This document shows positions 1 to 13,085 of a stretch of DNA of 64,000 bases, piece by piece. The notes under the pieces were generated by a model. The model saw nothing but the letters and a program-made list of their open reading frames with translations, ran no database searches and had not been told where the DNA came from. The position numbers and the translations under genes are program-made. Origin of the DNA: Podarcis pityusensis (taxonomy: Eukaryota); NCBI GenBank assembly GCA_964106645.2, contig OZ067041.1; one strand, 5' to 3'. Each line of letters starts with the position of its first letter. Position 1 is the first letter of the stretch.

Positions 1-859
1 ATAAAAATGTGTTTTTCGTGGGGCGGGGGAAATTGTGGCATAAGCTTTCATGGACTGCAATCCATTTGCATTCCTAAAAATTAACCTAATGAAAACATGG
101 AGGATTCAAGAGGACCATATGCACTCTCATTTCGCTTTTCTTGCATTTTAAAGATTGCGTGGGGGGGGGGAAGGATAGAAAGAGAAATGGCTTTGAGTAG
201 GTGGGGAGCGCGGTATGACTTATTGAAGTTGTGTTACAGAAGAGGTTATATCTAAATGAGCTGAAGTAGTTGGACATTTTACATCCGGAACAGCGCGTCG
301 TTTTAAAAACGTCTCTTTCCATACCCACGTTTTCCCTGTGTTCTGCTGTTGCCCTCTCCAATCTTTTAACCGAATAACGCAAGGTCAGAAAAGGCTGGAG
401 CTTAAAGCGTAATAATGAAATCAGACTTCAGTGAATTAATTCTTTGTGCCTGCGAATTTCCCCTTTTTCTCCTCCTTTCTCTGTCATCTCCTACATTTCA
501 GGAGGAGCCATCCCAGCCCCCTTGCTCCAGTGCTCGCTTCTGTTCCATGAGATCATTTGCGCTTCGGTCCTTTCGCCTCGTCCTGGCATTCTTCGGAGGC
601 ACGCCGGATGGCATCTTTTGGTTCTACCTTAAATAAACCCCTCCGCTTCCCATGCAAACGGTGCCATTTCTTTGGAGTTCTCCGCTTGTTGTTTGCAGGT
701 TCAATAGGTGGAGCCGAGGCAGCGAGAGCTCCGCCCTGTCTAGCCCTGCAGCCTTCCCTCCCACTTCGCTTCTCTTACGCCCTTAGCACGAGAATGCTAC
801 TCGCACCGCAGTGCTATTCGCTGCTTCGCGCCGGGCTGGCTTAGTTTTGCGTGAGGTTA

Positions 860-895
860 CAAACACAGACACACACAAATACACACACACACACA
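860..895. repeat. Interrupted (CA)n microsatellite upstream of the Dp71 ATG
   Basis: Direct inspection. Confidence 0.85.
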
Positions 896-966
896 GAGTC
901 TAGGAATCTTCTCCATCGTCCTTTCCTTTTCCCTCCCTCTTTGGAGTCTCTGATCAGTTCACGGCG

Positions 967-986
967 ATGAGGGAGCAACTCAAAAG
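967..986 (+). CDS. DMD: Dp71-specific exon 1 coding part: MREQLK + AG (Ser after splicing)
   Basis: gcgATG AGG GAG CAA CTC AAA AG|gtaagt is a consensus donor. The peptide matches the Dp71 N-terminus MREQLKG, and phase 2 fits exon 63. Confidence 0.95.
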
Positions 987-2044
987 GTAAGTTTAATTAT
1001 TATTCAGACCCGTCCTTTTTTTCCTATTCTTTTTCAATGAAAACCTCGCACTTGTCGAGGCTTGTGTTCTGCTGGCAAGCCAGGGTAGTTAAAGGCAAAT
1101 TAAACTTCTGAAGACGTCTTTGCATTGGGAATTTACAGCTTGAGCGTCCTCCCTGCCAGCTGTTTTCTCTTGTTCTCAGTGCAGGTGCTTGTAGCTGGCT
1201 GGAGCATGCCAGGGTTTAACCCTTTCTCCCACGGCTGTAGACTTTGAAGATGAAAGATTTCTTCTCCCCGGTGCGGAGGCGGCTGGGTGGGGGTTTTGTT
1301 TTTAATTTGTGTGTGAGAGAGTGTACGTACACACACAGAGAGGGGGGGGGGGTGGGATTTATCCTGACATCAAAGTAATTTTTCCCGGCGCGCAGCCCAG
1401 TTCCTCTCTACATTTCTGTCGTTCAGGGGTTTAAAAGCCCTCGATTTTGTAGCCTGGCACTTTCTAAAGTACCTTTTAATCAGGCTGCATTCTGTGAGCG
1501 CCTTAAAAAAAAAAAAGAGGAAGGAGAGAGAAGTCATATTATTTACCATTATGTGTGTAAGGACCCTGCAGAAGAAAGCTCACCAGACTTTTCATTCACC
1601 GAGTTAAAAGGTCAAATATCTGCTTGATTTCTTCTGGGAATTCGAACTGACGTTTAATTCAGTGCATTCCTTTCTCTCCCTCTCTCTCTTTAATGCGCCT
1701 TCCATGTCTTGGTGAATGTGGTCTAGTTAGAACATGCTGGCTGTGTAGGTATGAATGAAAGAATACATGCAAGCAGCAGCTAAGCAGGAAGTCGGGATAA
1801 GGAAAGGGAGAGAGTCTAAAATGTGTACGGGGAGGGCCCTTGGGGAGAAGCTGTTTGTTTGCATCATTAATAGAAAACTTTAAAGGCAAAACAAAGCACT
1901 GAGTATTGCATTTTGGTGATTCCCCCTCCCCCATCATTGTGGTTGATACCTGCATCATTGTAAAATTTACGAGTAGAAAAAATATACAGTATTATATCTG
2001 GCATATCATATTGCTAAATAAGTCAATTTTCTCTAAGTTAACTT

Positions 2045-2078
<34 letters not shown>
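2045..2078. repeat. (TA)n microsatellite
   Basis: Direct inspection. Confidence 0.9.
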
Positions 2079-4028
2079 CCCTAAATGCTGGGGTTAGAGA
2101 ATAAGAAATGTGTGCGTGTAATTTGTATTTGCTGTGAACAGAAATGAGAAATTTTAATATGTAATGTTTTATATGGTGTACCTTTGTAGGAAATTAGTAT
2201 AGGATCTTAGAAAAAGTATCTAAGTATAGGATCTTAGAAAAACACACCCTTGTTAAAGTAATGTACTCTATATTCAATCTTGTTTCTTAAAATAAGAACT
2301 AGTTTGCTGAGGTGTTGCTTGTACCCTATTAATACCAGAGGAAATATAGTTCCCTAAAATATATTCAGTCCATTATCACTAAGGAATTGCAGTCATCATT
2401 GTTTGATCCTGAATTCGACAAGACCCTGCAGTGAAATTGCTTTGGCAGAAGTGGAAAGGATAAGCTTTGAAAAGCAAATAGATCAGTGGACAAGTAACAG
2501 CTGGAGGGGTTGGCTCACCAAGCTTTAAAAACTGTCAGTGTGCACACAATAAAATGCTGCACATCAAAAGAGACGGAAAAATAATTACCATACTGTATTT
2601 AGCAATTGACATTTACTCCCTTCTGCTCCTACTTGATATTAATGCAAAAACTTTTTAATTTGTGCATCATCTTGGAATTCTGAAAATGCCAGCCAAAGCC
2701 AATAAAACAACAAACGGCCAACTTTTTCTCAAAAACACACTCATCCGAGGATTATAGATTAAGACAAACAGTAATCCTTCGCAAACCACAAGAGGCTGCT
2801 ACTTTCTGCATCACTATTCTATTATTTTCACCCTGATTAGTTTCCCTTCAGGAAATTGGGAGAAGATGGGAGGAGGGATATTTGCAGCTCTAAATAACAG
2901 CTTTTACAGGCAGGTTACATTTTAATTGGCCCATAATTTACTCTGCTCTAGAATGAGTGACAATTTGATTTATATTAGTATTTCTTTGAAGTGTTAGCTT
3001 TAGTTAGCAAAACCAAAACAGTCTATATATTTTATATCCATCTATCTATATAAACGTACACTTACCGCTGGTCCATTAAATCTGTGATAATCTCAGGCAC
3101 TACTGGAAAACAGGAAAACAAAAAAAAGGCAAAAGGCTGTTTCAGTTCCGCAGTTTGGTGATTTATTATTTCTTAATTTCTGATTATTAGTAAGTAGGTG
3201 TTTGGGGTTGGTTCCCTGTTGCCACCTGACAGCATTTTGTTATTCTTCACACATACGCATCTAGTTCATACTGCATTTTTCAAATCGCAGTGGGAGGGGG
3301 ATGGAACTTGCTCTAATGCTGTTGCAAATTAAGAATAATATAATGTGAAGAATGAATATGCAATTCCATGCTCAATTTTTTTACCCACAACAGTTTTTTA
3401 ACAAGTGCACGTGCTAGAATCCAAAGAGCGTATGGTAAAGTATTTAAATATAAAATACACATTTTAGAAATACATTCAAAAATACAATGAAAAATGTTTA
3501 ATATATTCATATTCCTATGAAATAAGTTCTAATGGTGGACAGAGCAAACCTAATTGGGAATGATGGGGGAGTGGGGAGGGAGGTGGCAGAAAGTCTTTCA
3601 CTTCCACAGCCCTTCACATTTGTGCTGGCCAGGGCAGAAGTCGGGGCAGTATTTGTTTCATCTTGCCCTAACTATTTTCTCTTCATTGTACCAGGTAACA
3701 TGTCTGATCCTGGGATTTGGGAGGAATTGAGAGGCTGTGAATTCAGATTCAAGGTTGCCTTCACTCACCTCTGGAACACCTTGTTTTGTTGGTGGAGATG
3801 CTGCTGGAGGGATTTTGCATGTGCATAGCAGGGGCCTCCACAGCAGACATCTGGCCCTGGTGGCAGGGAGGCACCACTACCCAGTCCTAATCCCTTCCAG
3901 CCAGCATGTCCAAGGGTTAGGTTTATTCTGTTAGGCTGTTTTTATCATTTCCGCTGCTGAAGTGTTTTCAGAACAAGTTGTAATAAAGGATGCAGAAGAT
4001 AGAAAACTAAAACTGGAGACTTTAGAAC

Positions 4029-4206
4029 ATGGGTAGGCAAACTAAGGCCTGGGGGCCGGATCCGGCCCAATCACCTTCTAAATCCGGCCCGTGGACGGTC
4101 CAGGAATCAGTGTGTTATTACATGAGTAGAATGTGTCCTTTTATTTAAAATGCATCTCTGGGTTATTTGTGGGGCATAGGAATTCGTTCATTCCCCCCCC
4201 CCCAAA
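4029..4206. mobile_element. Non-autonomous hAT (Charlie/MER58-like) element, one end only
   Basis: CATGGGTAGGCAAACTAAGGCC..GGGCCGGATCCGGCCC resembles hAT-Charlie termini. No matching second TIR was found. Confidence 0.5.
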
Positions 4207-5028
4207 AAATGGGAGAAATTTACTATCACAGTCTGCACCTAAATCGTCCTGCATAATACCTTTGTTAATCTTGTGCTGGAATGTTCCTTTTTTGTTTTGC
4301 TTTGTTGATGTTTATACAAGTTGAACTCAAATGCCACTAGTAATGAAACCAGAATGGGGGTTCCAGAGGATGTTCCAGGTGGCACTGGCTGTGTTCAACA
4401 CATCATGATGCAAATGCCATGGGTGCAGTTGTTTCATGCACAGCCAGCTGTTGCCAATGTCATTATTTATTTATTTATTTATTTATTATATTTAATTTAT
4501 ATACCACCATCTGATGATCACGGGGCAGATCAGAGAGGTCTTACCGTAATGTGATTTATTTTAAATCATTGACTCTTACGCATATATTTAAATTGTTTGA
4601 TTGTAATTCATTACATGCCATATTTAGAGATAAGGTAGTGTAGGACTTCATTTTTTAAGGTCACAGTGAACGTCTGATGGACGTTAATGTTTTTCGTTAT
4701 TTGGAATAGGCAGTATTTGCAGGTGATACTGAGCTGGCTTGTTGAGGCTCGTCCTGTGTGAACTAATTTTCACCCCAGCCCTCTGCAAGGAAAGAATGAC
4801 CAAACTGTGGGCATTTCAGTCGCTGATGGGCGAGCTTGGGTGCAAAGAGGGCTCTCCTTTCTATTCTCTCTTTTTAACATGTCATCCACATCATGGTATT
4901 GGACTTACACATTCTGAACCAGCAACAGCACAGGAGAGAGAGCTTATTTCACCCGTCAGTGAAAATAGCATTCATTGCTTCATGCTATCTCCTTTGGGCT
5001 TCATGGCTCATCCCAAAAGCTGTAAGAG

Positions 5029-5193
5029 CATAGGATGCCAGGTCAGTACTAAGACCATTAGCCCATCTAGATCAGTATTGTCTAAGCTGCTGTTCAGGGT
5101 GTCAGACAATAGTCTTCCCCAGTTCCTTCTTGGGGATATTGTGGGTTTGAACCCGGAGCCTTCTACATGTAAACCACATGCTCTACCACTCAG
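5029..5193 (-). mobile_element. tRNA-derived SINE (Squam3-like), diverged
   Basis: The reverse complement has a tRNA-like head (AGTGGTAGAGC...GGTTCAAACCC) and the body GACAATACTGATCTAGATGGG also seen in the 6038 copy. Confidence 0.65.
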
Positions 5194-5509
5194 GTGTGGT
5201 AAAGTGAGGCCAGAATGTGCAAGTATGTTCTTGCACTCCAGTTTCTGTTTATCTCGATAGCTGGGCTTGGAAATTGGATTAGAGAGGAAGGCATGACCAG
5301 TGTGCACCTCAGAATTCACTTTCTGGACTTTGCTTGAGACATGATGGCTTCCTTGTGTATAAACCTGGACACCTTTGGAAAGAACGGAGGGATATGAATT
5401 TAATACAAATAAAGAAGTAATCCTCTGCACAAAGAATTCCTTTAGGAACAGAAACAGCATGGGTCCTTCAGCAGATGGAGCACACTGGTTTGGGAAGGGA
5501 AAGATGATG

Positions 5510-5548
<39 letters not shown>

Positions 5549-5550
5549 TC
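5510..5550. repeat. (CTTT)n microsatellite
   Basis: Direct inspection. Confidence 0.9.
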
Positions 5551-6037
5551 CAATAATGTAAACCACCCTGTGATCCTAGGATGAAGGGTGATATGAAAAT
5601 TTAATTTTAAAAAAAGGAATGAATAATGAAATGAATAATGATTATTTAAAGTATAAGGGCTCTAAAATATAAAAATCAGATTAGCTAACCTGTTAGAGTA
5701 ATTAATTGCCAAAGTGATGTCCTGAAAGTATTTGAAAATAGGCCCTCTAATTACATATAGTTTTACTCCAAACAAAATACTAAATATGTGTTCCTCTGAA
5801 CTTAGAATTCAATAAACACATCTTGAGATTGTTAACACTAGAGTAGCCCAATCACTATAAACATGAGAAGGATTTCTTAATGTCTGTTTCAGGAGATGAA
5901 TACATAATATTCAACTACCCCAGTGTATCCCATAGCCAGACAGATAAGGATAACCCATTCATGAGGCAGAGGGAAGCAGGCTAGATGGTTTGTCTGCCTG
6001 TCTAATAGATTTCGTAGTCCATTTGCTTCCAGGGTAA

Positions 6038-6190
6038 GGGCCTTAGCTAAGTGCTGGAGAATATCCTTAGTAGGCAGAAAGTCCAGGTTCAATGCCCTGA
6101 CATCTCTAGGTGGTTACAGGAGAGAACCCCATCTGAAACCCTGAAGAGTTGCTGCCAATCAGTATGGACAGCACTGAGCTAGATGGGCAA
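6038..6190 (+). mobile_element. tRNA-derived SINE (Squam3-like), diverged
   Basis: GGGCCTTAGCTAAGTG..GGTTCAATGCC A/B-box-like head; body GAAACCCTGAAGAGTTGCTGCCAATCAG...CTGAGCTAGATGG. Confidence 0.65.
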
Positions 6191-6506
6191 CACTGTTGTT
6201 TATCTCTTTCCATGGATGCTTCCTAAGTCCTTCACATCATTTTACAATGCTGATGCAAAATAAAGCAGGAAATGTAGTGGGAAGGATCCATTGCACTTGT
6301 AGTACTGCACATTCCTTCTTTTACCATATTCCACCATTTGAGCACAGGGAAGCATTTTTGTCCGAATTTTTAGCTTTCTGTTATACAAACTTGCATGCTT
6401 ATTGGAGTTAAAAATTGCTGCAGATCCATTAAAGATGCTACTGTGTTCCCAAGTGTGGTTCAGAATGCTAAGAGTTGCTGAGTTGGCATTTTGCTTCACA
6501 CAGTGT

Positions 6507-6508
<2 letters not shown>

Positions 6509-6545
<37 letters not shown>
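6509..6545. repeat. (AC)n microsatellite
   Basis: Direct inspection. Confidence 0.9.
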
Positions 6546-6549
<4 letters not shown>

Positions 6550-8717
6550 CAGCCCCAAAGCTAACAATTAAATGGCCTTTGAAAATGGCAAAGAGGCTTA
6601 TGAAGGGAAGTCTCAGTGGAGCCTAACCTTTCCTTGAGCTGCACTTGTGTGTGGAATTGTTGATAACTTTCTAAGCTGAAAATGTTCAGAAAGAAGGAAC
6701 ACTTTTTAGTTGGTGGAATGAAATAGCTGCAGTCTTCTTGTGTTCTGAATATAAAGTGCTGGTTAAATCAGCTCTTGCGCTTTACAATCACACTCAACCA
6801 TCCCAGAATTTTCCACAAATGATCTTCAGCTTTCCTTAAAATTTCACGCAGGAGTAAGAGAAGTCCTTCTGGTTCTCAAGCACTTTTTTCTGCTCTTGGA
6901 TATTATATGTTAATGATTTCTAAACTGATCATACATTATTTTTGTTAAACAAAATAACATCACTGTTGCCTCATGGCACTTATTTCAATGGGAGGAGGTT
7001 TGTTTTCAGGTCTGAGCCAGAACTTGCAATCTCCTGATAAATAGTTGCTTAGAACTGACCATTGAGAAACACTGGATTGAATAGGATTTACTTACCAGCA
7101 AATGTGTTTAGGATTGCAACCTTGTGTATTAAGTGTGACTGTTTTTTTGTGAAGATGAATAGATGAATGAGAAGTAAAGTAACGCAAAGCACATAGTTTG
7201 TCTCCTTCCTCCGATAGTTTTGTTAATCTGCCTCAAAAATATCAGTGGTAATCAGAAAAAAACAACCTGGAAGTAAATTCAGGTATTCACTCTAATTCTG
7301 TTGTTGAAAAGAACTGGGCACCTCTACCTATTGACTTGTCTTCCTATGGTTTCATGGAATGCTAATAAACATAATAATTGCTAGGGAATTAATGTTAACA
7401 TAGAGAAAGTTGGAAGGGACTGTAAATTTTGAGAAAGAGTGAAAGAAGTGAGGAATCTGTATTAACTTCAACACTGATCAACCATTAGGTTCCCGTTACA
7501 ATCTTTATAATAGCTTAGGAAAAACATGTTAATGAATGGTCACAGAAACATACTTTCCAAATTAAAGGTGTCGGTGTAGATTGCCATTTAGGACACTTGA
7601 CATGGTTGTGATTTTGAAGCAGTGAGTGAAGTGTCAATTTAAAGTGAGAACTTTTGCTGAATAAGAGTCATGATGTTAGAAAATTGTGATTGTCAGAGCT
7701 TTACCCTGACATCATAGGGACAAACATCCCTGCCATTTGGCTGAGCTTCTGTGATAGTATGGAATAGTCTCAAGCTTTGTAATTACTTGGGTCAACCTTA
7801 CATTTATTTAACAACTAGCCTGGTAGCCATAGGTGAGAGAAATTGCTTGCAGTCAAGTGCGTGGAATTCATACAGTCCAGTGAATAGGCTGGTGGAAGAG
7901 GGATGGAATGCTCTTTCCCGCCTCTGTGCCCAGCATAGAAATGCAGCAGGCTGCTGCAGGAGGGTTGGCGCTCTCAGTTTCTCTTCTGCAAACCCCCAAT
8001 AAAACCGGTACCTTTTGTGGACTATTGTGGATACCTAAATCAGCCTTGAAAGTATCAGCAGAGGGGGACTATATACACTTGATGGGAAAGGGGGTCATAT
8101 TAGCGAGGAGATAGAGATTTGAAAGAAGCCATTCCAAACTGCTGTTTTTAATATAAGGATCCTTGTTTGCATGAAATTGAAATTAAGTATCTGAACCTTC
8201 TGAGAATTTTTTTGTTTATGGATCTATTTTTTATTTTACAAAAATTGGAAAAAAACAAACTTTAAAGCGACTTTAAGAACAAAAAGAAACAGAGAGAAAA
8301 GGTGAAATTATATCTGTACCTCATTCGACCTACAACCTACCCCTCAATGTCTGTTCCCTCACAATTCTACTATATCAAACATTCAATGGAATATATTCAT
8401 AAATCCACACGCAGCAAGAATTTGAAATAGGTTTGCTCATTTGATAATCTACCGATTATAGACATGTACAGAATTCAAAGCTGCGAGCAAATGATTGGTC
8501 ACTCTGTTTTTAAACTGAACATAAATATTCCAAATTGTTACCAAGACCCAGATTAAGGGCGGGAGCTAACATGATTCCATCCAGAGCTTTGGAGCAGCTG
8601 TAAGGTTGGCATCAGCAGTTGGCATTTTCAGGCAGCTCCCAGGACCTCTGTGTCTCAATAGGGCCCATTGCTGATGCATCTCCTGGATTCCCGTAAATAG
8701 ATAGACAGACACACACA

Positions 8718-8967
8718 CAGTCGTACCTTGGATCCTGAACGCCTTGGTACTTGGACATTTTGGCTCCCAAACGCCGCAAACCCAGAAGTGAGTGTTCTAG
8801 TTTGTGAACGTTCTTTGGAACCCAAATGTCCGATGGGGCTTCTGTGGCTTCCGATTGCCTGCAGGAGCTTCCTGCAGCCAATCAGAAGCTGCGCTTTGGT
8901 TTCCGAATATTTTGGATGTCAAACGGACTTCCAGAACAGATTCCATTCGACTTCCAAGGTACGACTC
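8718..8967. mobile_element. Tc1/mariner (Tigger-like) MITE
   Basis: Perfect 14-bp inverted repeat AGTCGTACCTTGGA (8719-8732) / TCCAAGGTACGACT (8953-8966); CAGT terminus. Confidence 0.75.
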
Positions 8968-9178
8968 TGTGTGTGGGTGTGGGTGTGGGCGTGTGGGCAC
9001 TGCTTTGAGCAGCACTTACCAGCTACTTCCAACAACCACCCTGAATCTACCACAGTGCCCTAAAGCAAAACTACATCACATATATCCAGGAAAAAATTAA
9101 ATGGAAGTCTGAGCCACCTGTTGGTACTGCTTGGAACATTTGCTTCAGCTCCAATTAAACCCACCTAAGCTGGAGAAT

Positions 9179-9389
9179 TCCTGCCAACCTAGCAGTTCGA
9201 AAGCACGTCAGTGTGCAAGTAGATAAATAGGTACTGCTCCGGTGGGAAGGTAAACGACGTTTCCGTGTGCTGCTCTGGTTCGCCAGAAGTGGCTTCGGCT
9301 CCCTCGGCCAATAAAGCAAGATGAGCGCTGCAACCCCAGAGTTGGTCACGACTGGACCTAATGGTCAAGGGTCCCTTTATCTTTACCTT
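9179..9389 (+). mobile_element. Sauria SINE, 5'-truncated with internal deletion
   Basis: Core CCTGCCAACCTAGCAGTTCGAAAGC...GTAGATAAATAGG and an ACCTTT tail; 13-bp TSD TAAGCTGGAGAAT at 9166-9178 and 9390-9402. Confidence 0.9.
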
Positions 9390-12099
9390 TAAGCTGGAGA
9401 ATGGGTATCTGAGGGCAGTTTGCTCAAAAACCCTCCTCAAACCTGTGACCTCAGTGTACACAGGTTTTCAGCAAAAGCAAAGGCTTCTTAAAACTGATCA
9501 AATAATCAAGTTTGATTTAAATAAAGCATCCTTTCAATTAGTTGCTAGACTGATATATAAATGTGATTCTCCCAAGTTATTTTTCAACACGAACAAACCT
9601 AGAAAACCTCTCAGGCCAATTAATGACTATTTGGAGAAAGCGCATAAAAGTGACAGAAATCCTTTTAATCTTCGAGTCTTATTTATTCACACATACTAAG
9701 TATATTATGAATTAATAAAACATTATTAATAAAAATGTCTTGGAAGTTTAAAAAGAGCCTTTAAATTAAGGCAAACTATTTTTCTCTTTGGTTTTAAAAA
9801 TCACTCTTCATAAATACTTTAGCACCTCTGATTAGAATTAGCACCACAATAGTCTTTGTCCTTAATAGTACATATGCATGAATGAATATTCCTTAGATTC
9901 TTGCCTGAAATATATTAAATGTTGGTTTTTGAATATCAGATATGACTCTTAAAAAATGATAAATAAATAATGACATTCTCCCTATCTGATGAGAGAGATG
10001 TTGCATGTATTTTCAAAAGTCAAATAAATAATTTCCCTCGTATACACAAAATTGATTTCAGCTGGCAAACCTCATAGTTGGGCCTTCACACACATACTTG
10101 GTAGTTAAATTTCAGTAGGCATACTTGGGGTTGCAGTGAGGGTGTATCAATGTACGATACTGGATTTCTGTACTAGTCTGAAAACCATATGTAGTACTAA
10201 GTAGCTGTTATGCCCAATATAATAAACATTTTATCTCATTAAATTATATGTAACTTTATAAACATGTGAACTTATTTACAACGAATCTCTGTTCTTTAGT
10301 CCTACAAAGAAGCAGAACTTTACTATGTGTAGATATTTGCTTGAGAGCTTTTTCTTACAGATAACGTTTATAAAAGTATTCATTATGTCCTATATGATGT
10401 CATACCATGTGAATTGTATGTAGAGTTGTTTTGTTCACTGAGGTACTAGTACTTTGGAACTTCTTTGCCTAAGAGAACTAGTCACTCCTGGGCACTGCTA
10501 GATTATTTAATTTATGGGTAATTCCTACCTCTATATCCCTCTCCAAATCTCATTCTCAGGTTTCATTCAAAATTAACCTCATTAACCCCCTAGAGCTTCC
10601 CCTTCTCAACATATAAATGCCAAACCCCCTTTTCACTTTCCCAATTTTATTTTTGAAGCCACTTTAAAAGTTTCTCTTCTCAGTGTGGAAAGTAACACAG
10701 TCTCTTCTCCACTTCCCACCAAGGCCTTCCCCTGACCCAACTAATTTACTACATACATTTACTCCTCCTCCTCCTCCTCTTTATTCCCGCCCTACCTTGC
10801 CCCACCACTTCGTGCTGTTTTCATTGGCTATTTCCCAGTGTCAGAGCAGTGTAAATATAATATAGAGTAGGTATTTTCAAACTTTTCATTCCAAGGACCC
10901 ACTTTTAACCCAAACATGCATTTGAGGACTCATTTCTTAATCTTTTAACATATATTTGTATGGTGGTAATGCTCCTGTTGTAACCCACCTTGGATCAAGC
11001 TGTGACCCTCAAGTGCATCCCGACCTACCAGTTGAAGACCAGTGGTATAGGGAGATGTAAACATTTATACAGTGCCCTTCTAGTTCTCCTGTACCATTCA
11101 TGATAATTGAACTGCCTTTCCACATCATTCAGCTCCTCCTTCCTAATTTCTTTTTTGAATTCAGCTATAACACTTATTTTTCTGAGCTGAGCAAAATGTC
11201 CTTGGCACCCCATTAAGCTCTTTATTTACTTGGCAAAAAATGAAGTAATGCCCAGGTTGAATAATAAAAGCCGAATTTAGAAAAATTAAAATCCAGATTT
11301 TTATTTTTACCTGTAGTCTACTGCTTTCTGTGATTAAACTGAACATTAATATGGAACATACTAAACCCTGAATCAATGATGCCACTTTGGCCATTTCTCT
11401 GTGTTTATTTTATTTTATTTACTTCATTAAATGTATACACCGCTTGATTGTAAAAAATCTCGAAGCAGTGAATGAGCTAGATCAATAGAAAGCGTGTCAA
11501 CCTTTCTGGATTTGGCTATGTAGTTGTGGAGCTACTCATGGACTAAAATGCAGTCAAGGAAACTGTGCATTGCTGGGCCACAATCCTTTCTCAAGCCTTC
11601 TGTGCAACACATACCAAATCTTTGATTGACTAAGAAAAGGTTACACTTTTGCTGTGGATGGTATTAAGTCACACAATCCGACTCCCACTTCACAAGACAT
11701 TACAGTGTCCTCTTTATATCATATATTTAACATAGTTGGCAAGTGTATAAAAATGTATGAAAGGGATTGATGAGGTTTTTTTGCGTGTGCTGCATATGAT
11801 TGCTTATGTAAGCCTAATGCAATGTGACACTTTCCCTGAACTTTAGTTAGAAGATTGACAATATTTCTGGTTCCAGGAAGAAGTATGATGAATATTGTTG
11901 TTTTTGTTATTGTTGTTATTATGGTTTTTGTCACTTGACCTGAAATTACCTTTGTATTACCACATATAATAACTGAACTGTAAAACTACTAAACTTGGCA
12001 ATCTGTGTAAGAAGAAAGCTAGTTTGCCCTAAAAGTATTGGGACTGGCATAAACTTCATATAGTATTTTAAGTGGATCGGTATCTTTTTTGTCTTGCAG

Positions 12100-12161
12100 C
12101 CATGAGACGCAGACTACATGCTGGGATCATCCTAAAATGACTGAGCTCTACCAATCCTTAG
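12100..12161 (+). CDS. DMD: Dystrophin exon 63 ([20 protein letters not shown]; WW domain end)
   Basis: ttgcag|CCATGAG...CCTTAG|gtaaga, 62 bp. Confidence 0.97.
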
Positions 12162-13085
12162 GTAAGATAATTTTTCATATTCAGCTGCTTGGTTCTAAGG
12201 AATATTTTCTATACAAATCACAACAACCTTGAGTGAAAATACCTGCATTGAAGCAAACTTTTAAAACGGAAACATAGGAAAAAAGAAAATCTTAGCTTTA
12301 AGTGTCAGCAAATGCTTTAAATGTTCAGTTCTTTCATGTTGTTTTATAATAAAGGTGCATTGCAGAGATTTTACCTTTTAAAACCAACTAGTTATAGCAT
12401 GAGCACACACACCCCTCATGAGTTGAAAACAAGGCCCAGCATAACTGAAGGCAAGCCTCATCAATGTGTTGGACCCATTTTGTGGGTTGATTTACCCAAT
12501 TTTGGGGCATGAAGGTGTGGCCAAGGGAGATTGTTCTCTTTGCTTTAAGCCAAAAACCCCTTCTCCAGTTGCTGCACATCCCTTGGCTTCCAGCTGCATT
12601 CCAAAAACAAAAAACCCAACAACCTTATCTCTGCAGTCCTGTACCTTGTGTTTTTTTCTGGAACCAGAAATGCAGCTGGGGACATGAAGAGAGAGGCACA
12701 GAGTGACCATACAATGTTTAAAGTGCAGGCAAAAAGCATTGGGTGTGTGTGTGCTGCATGATCATTTGTTTTGTCTGCCCAAAAGGAAATGCAGGGAGGT
12801 TGCAGAAAGTGTGACAGATTGACAGGCATTGATATGTTTCCTCATTTTTCTGCACTTTAACTTGTGTGGCAATATCACACCTTTCTGTGTGCACCTTCCA
12901 AACTCTGTGTGTGGTCCACAAAGCGCTGTATAGTATTTTCAGTACCTTTATGCTGGGAATAAAGTAAGCCATATGCAAGCCTTTCCTCAGAGAATAGTAT
13001 CCATAGTGTACTCACATACTATGATAAGGTTAGCCTGCAGCAATCATGTTTAAGAACAGCTACTCTCACTTCAAATACTGTAGGC

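Larger units (their letters stand above)
1..1450 (+). promoter_or_regulatory. DMD: CpG-enriched internal (Dp71) promoter / 5'UTR region
   Basis: CpG density is clearly higher than in the rest of the window. A GC box (GGGGCGGGGG) lies near 19-28. The region surrounds the MREQLK first exon. Mammalian Dp71 promoters are known to be GC-rich and Sp1-driven. The TSS cannot be placed from sequence. Confidence 0.75.

Noticed and set aside
2196-2242. Short direct repeats resembling CRISPR-like units (also 16722-16764 and about 26969-27012)
   Set aside because: Only two units of about 20 bp with very short spacers, in a vertebrate intron. These are ordinary slippage duplications.
4739-5553. Longest ORFs (173 aa on +, 181 aa on -)
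   Set aside because: They overlap a decayed SINE and a (CTTT)n repeat and have no protein-like features.
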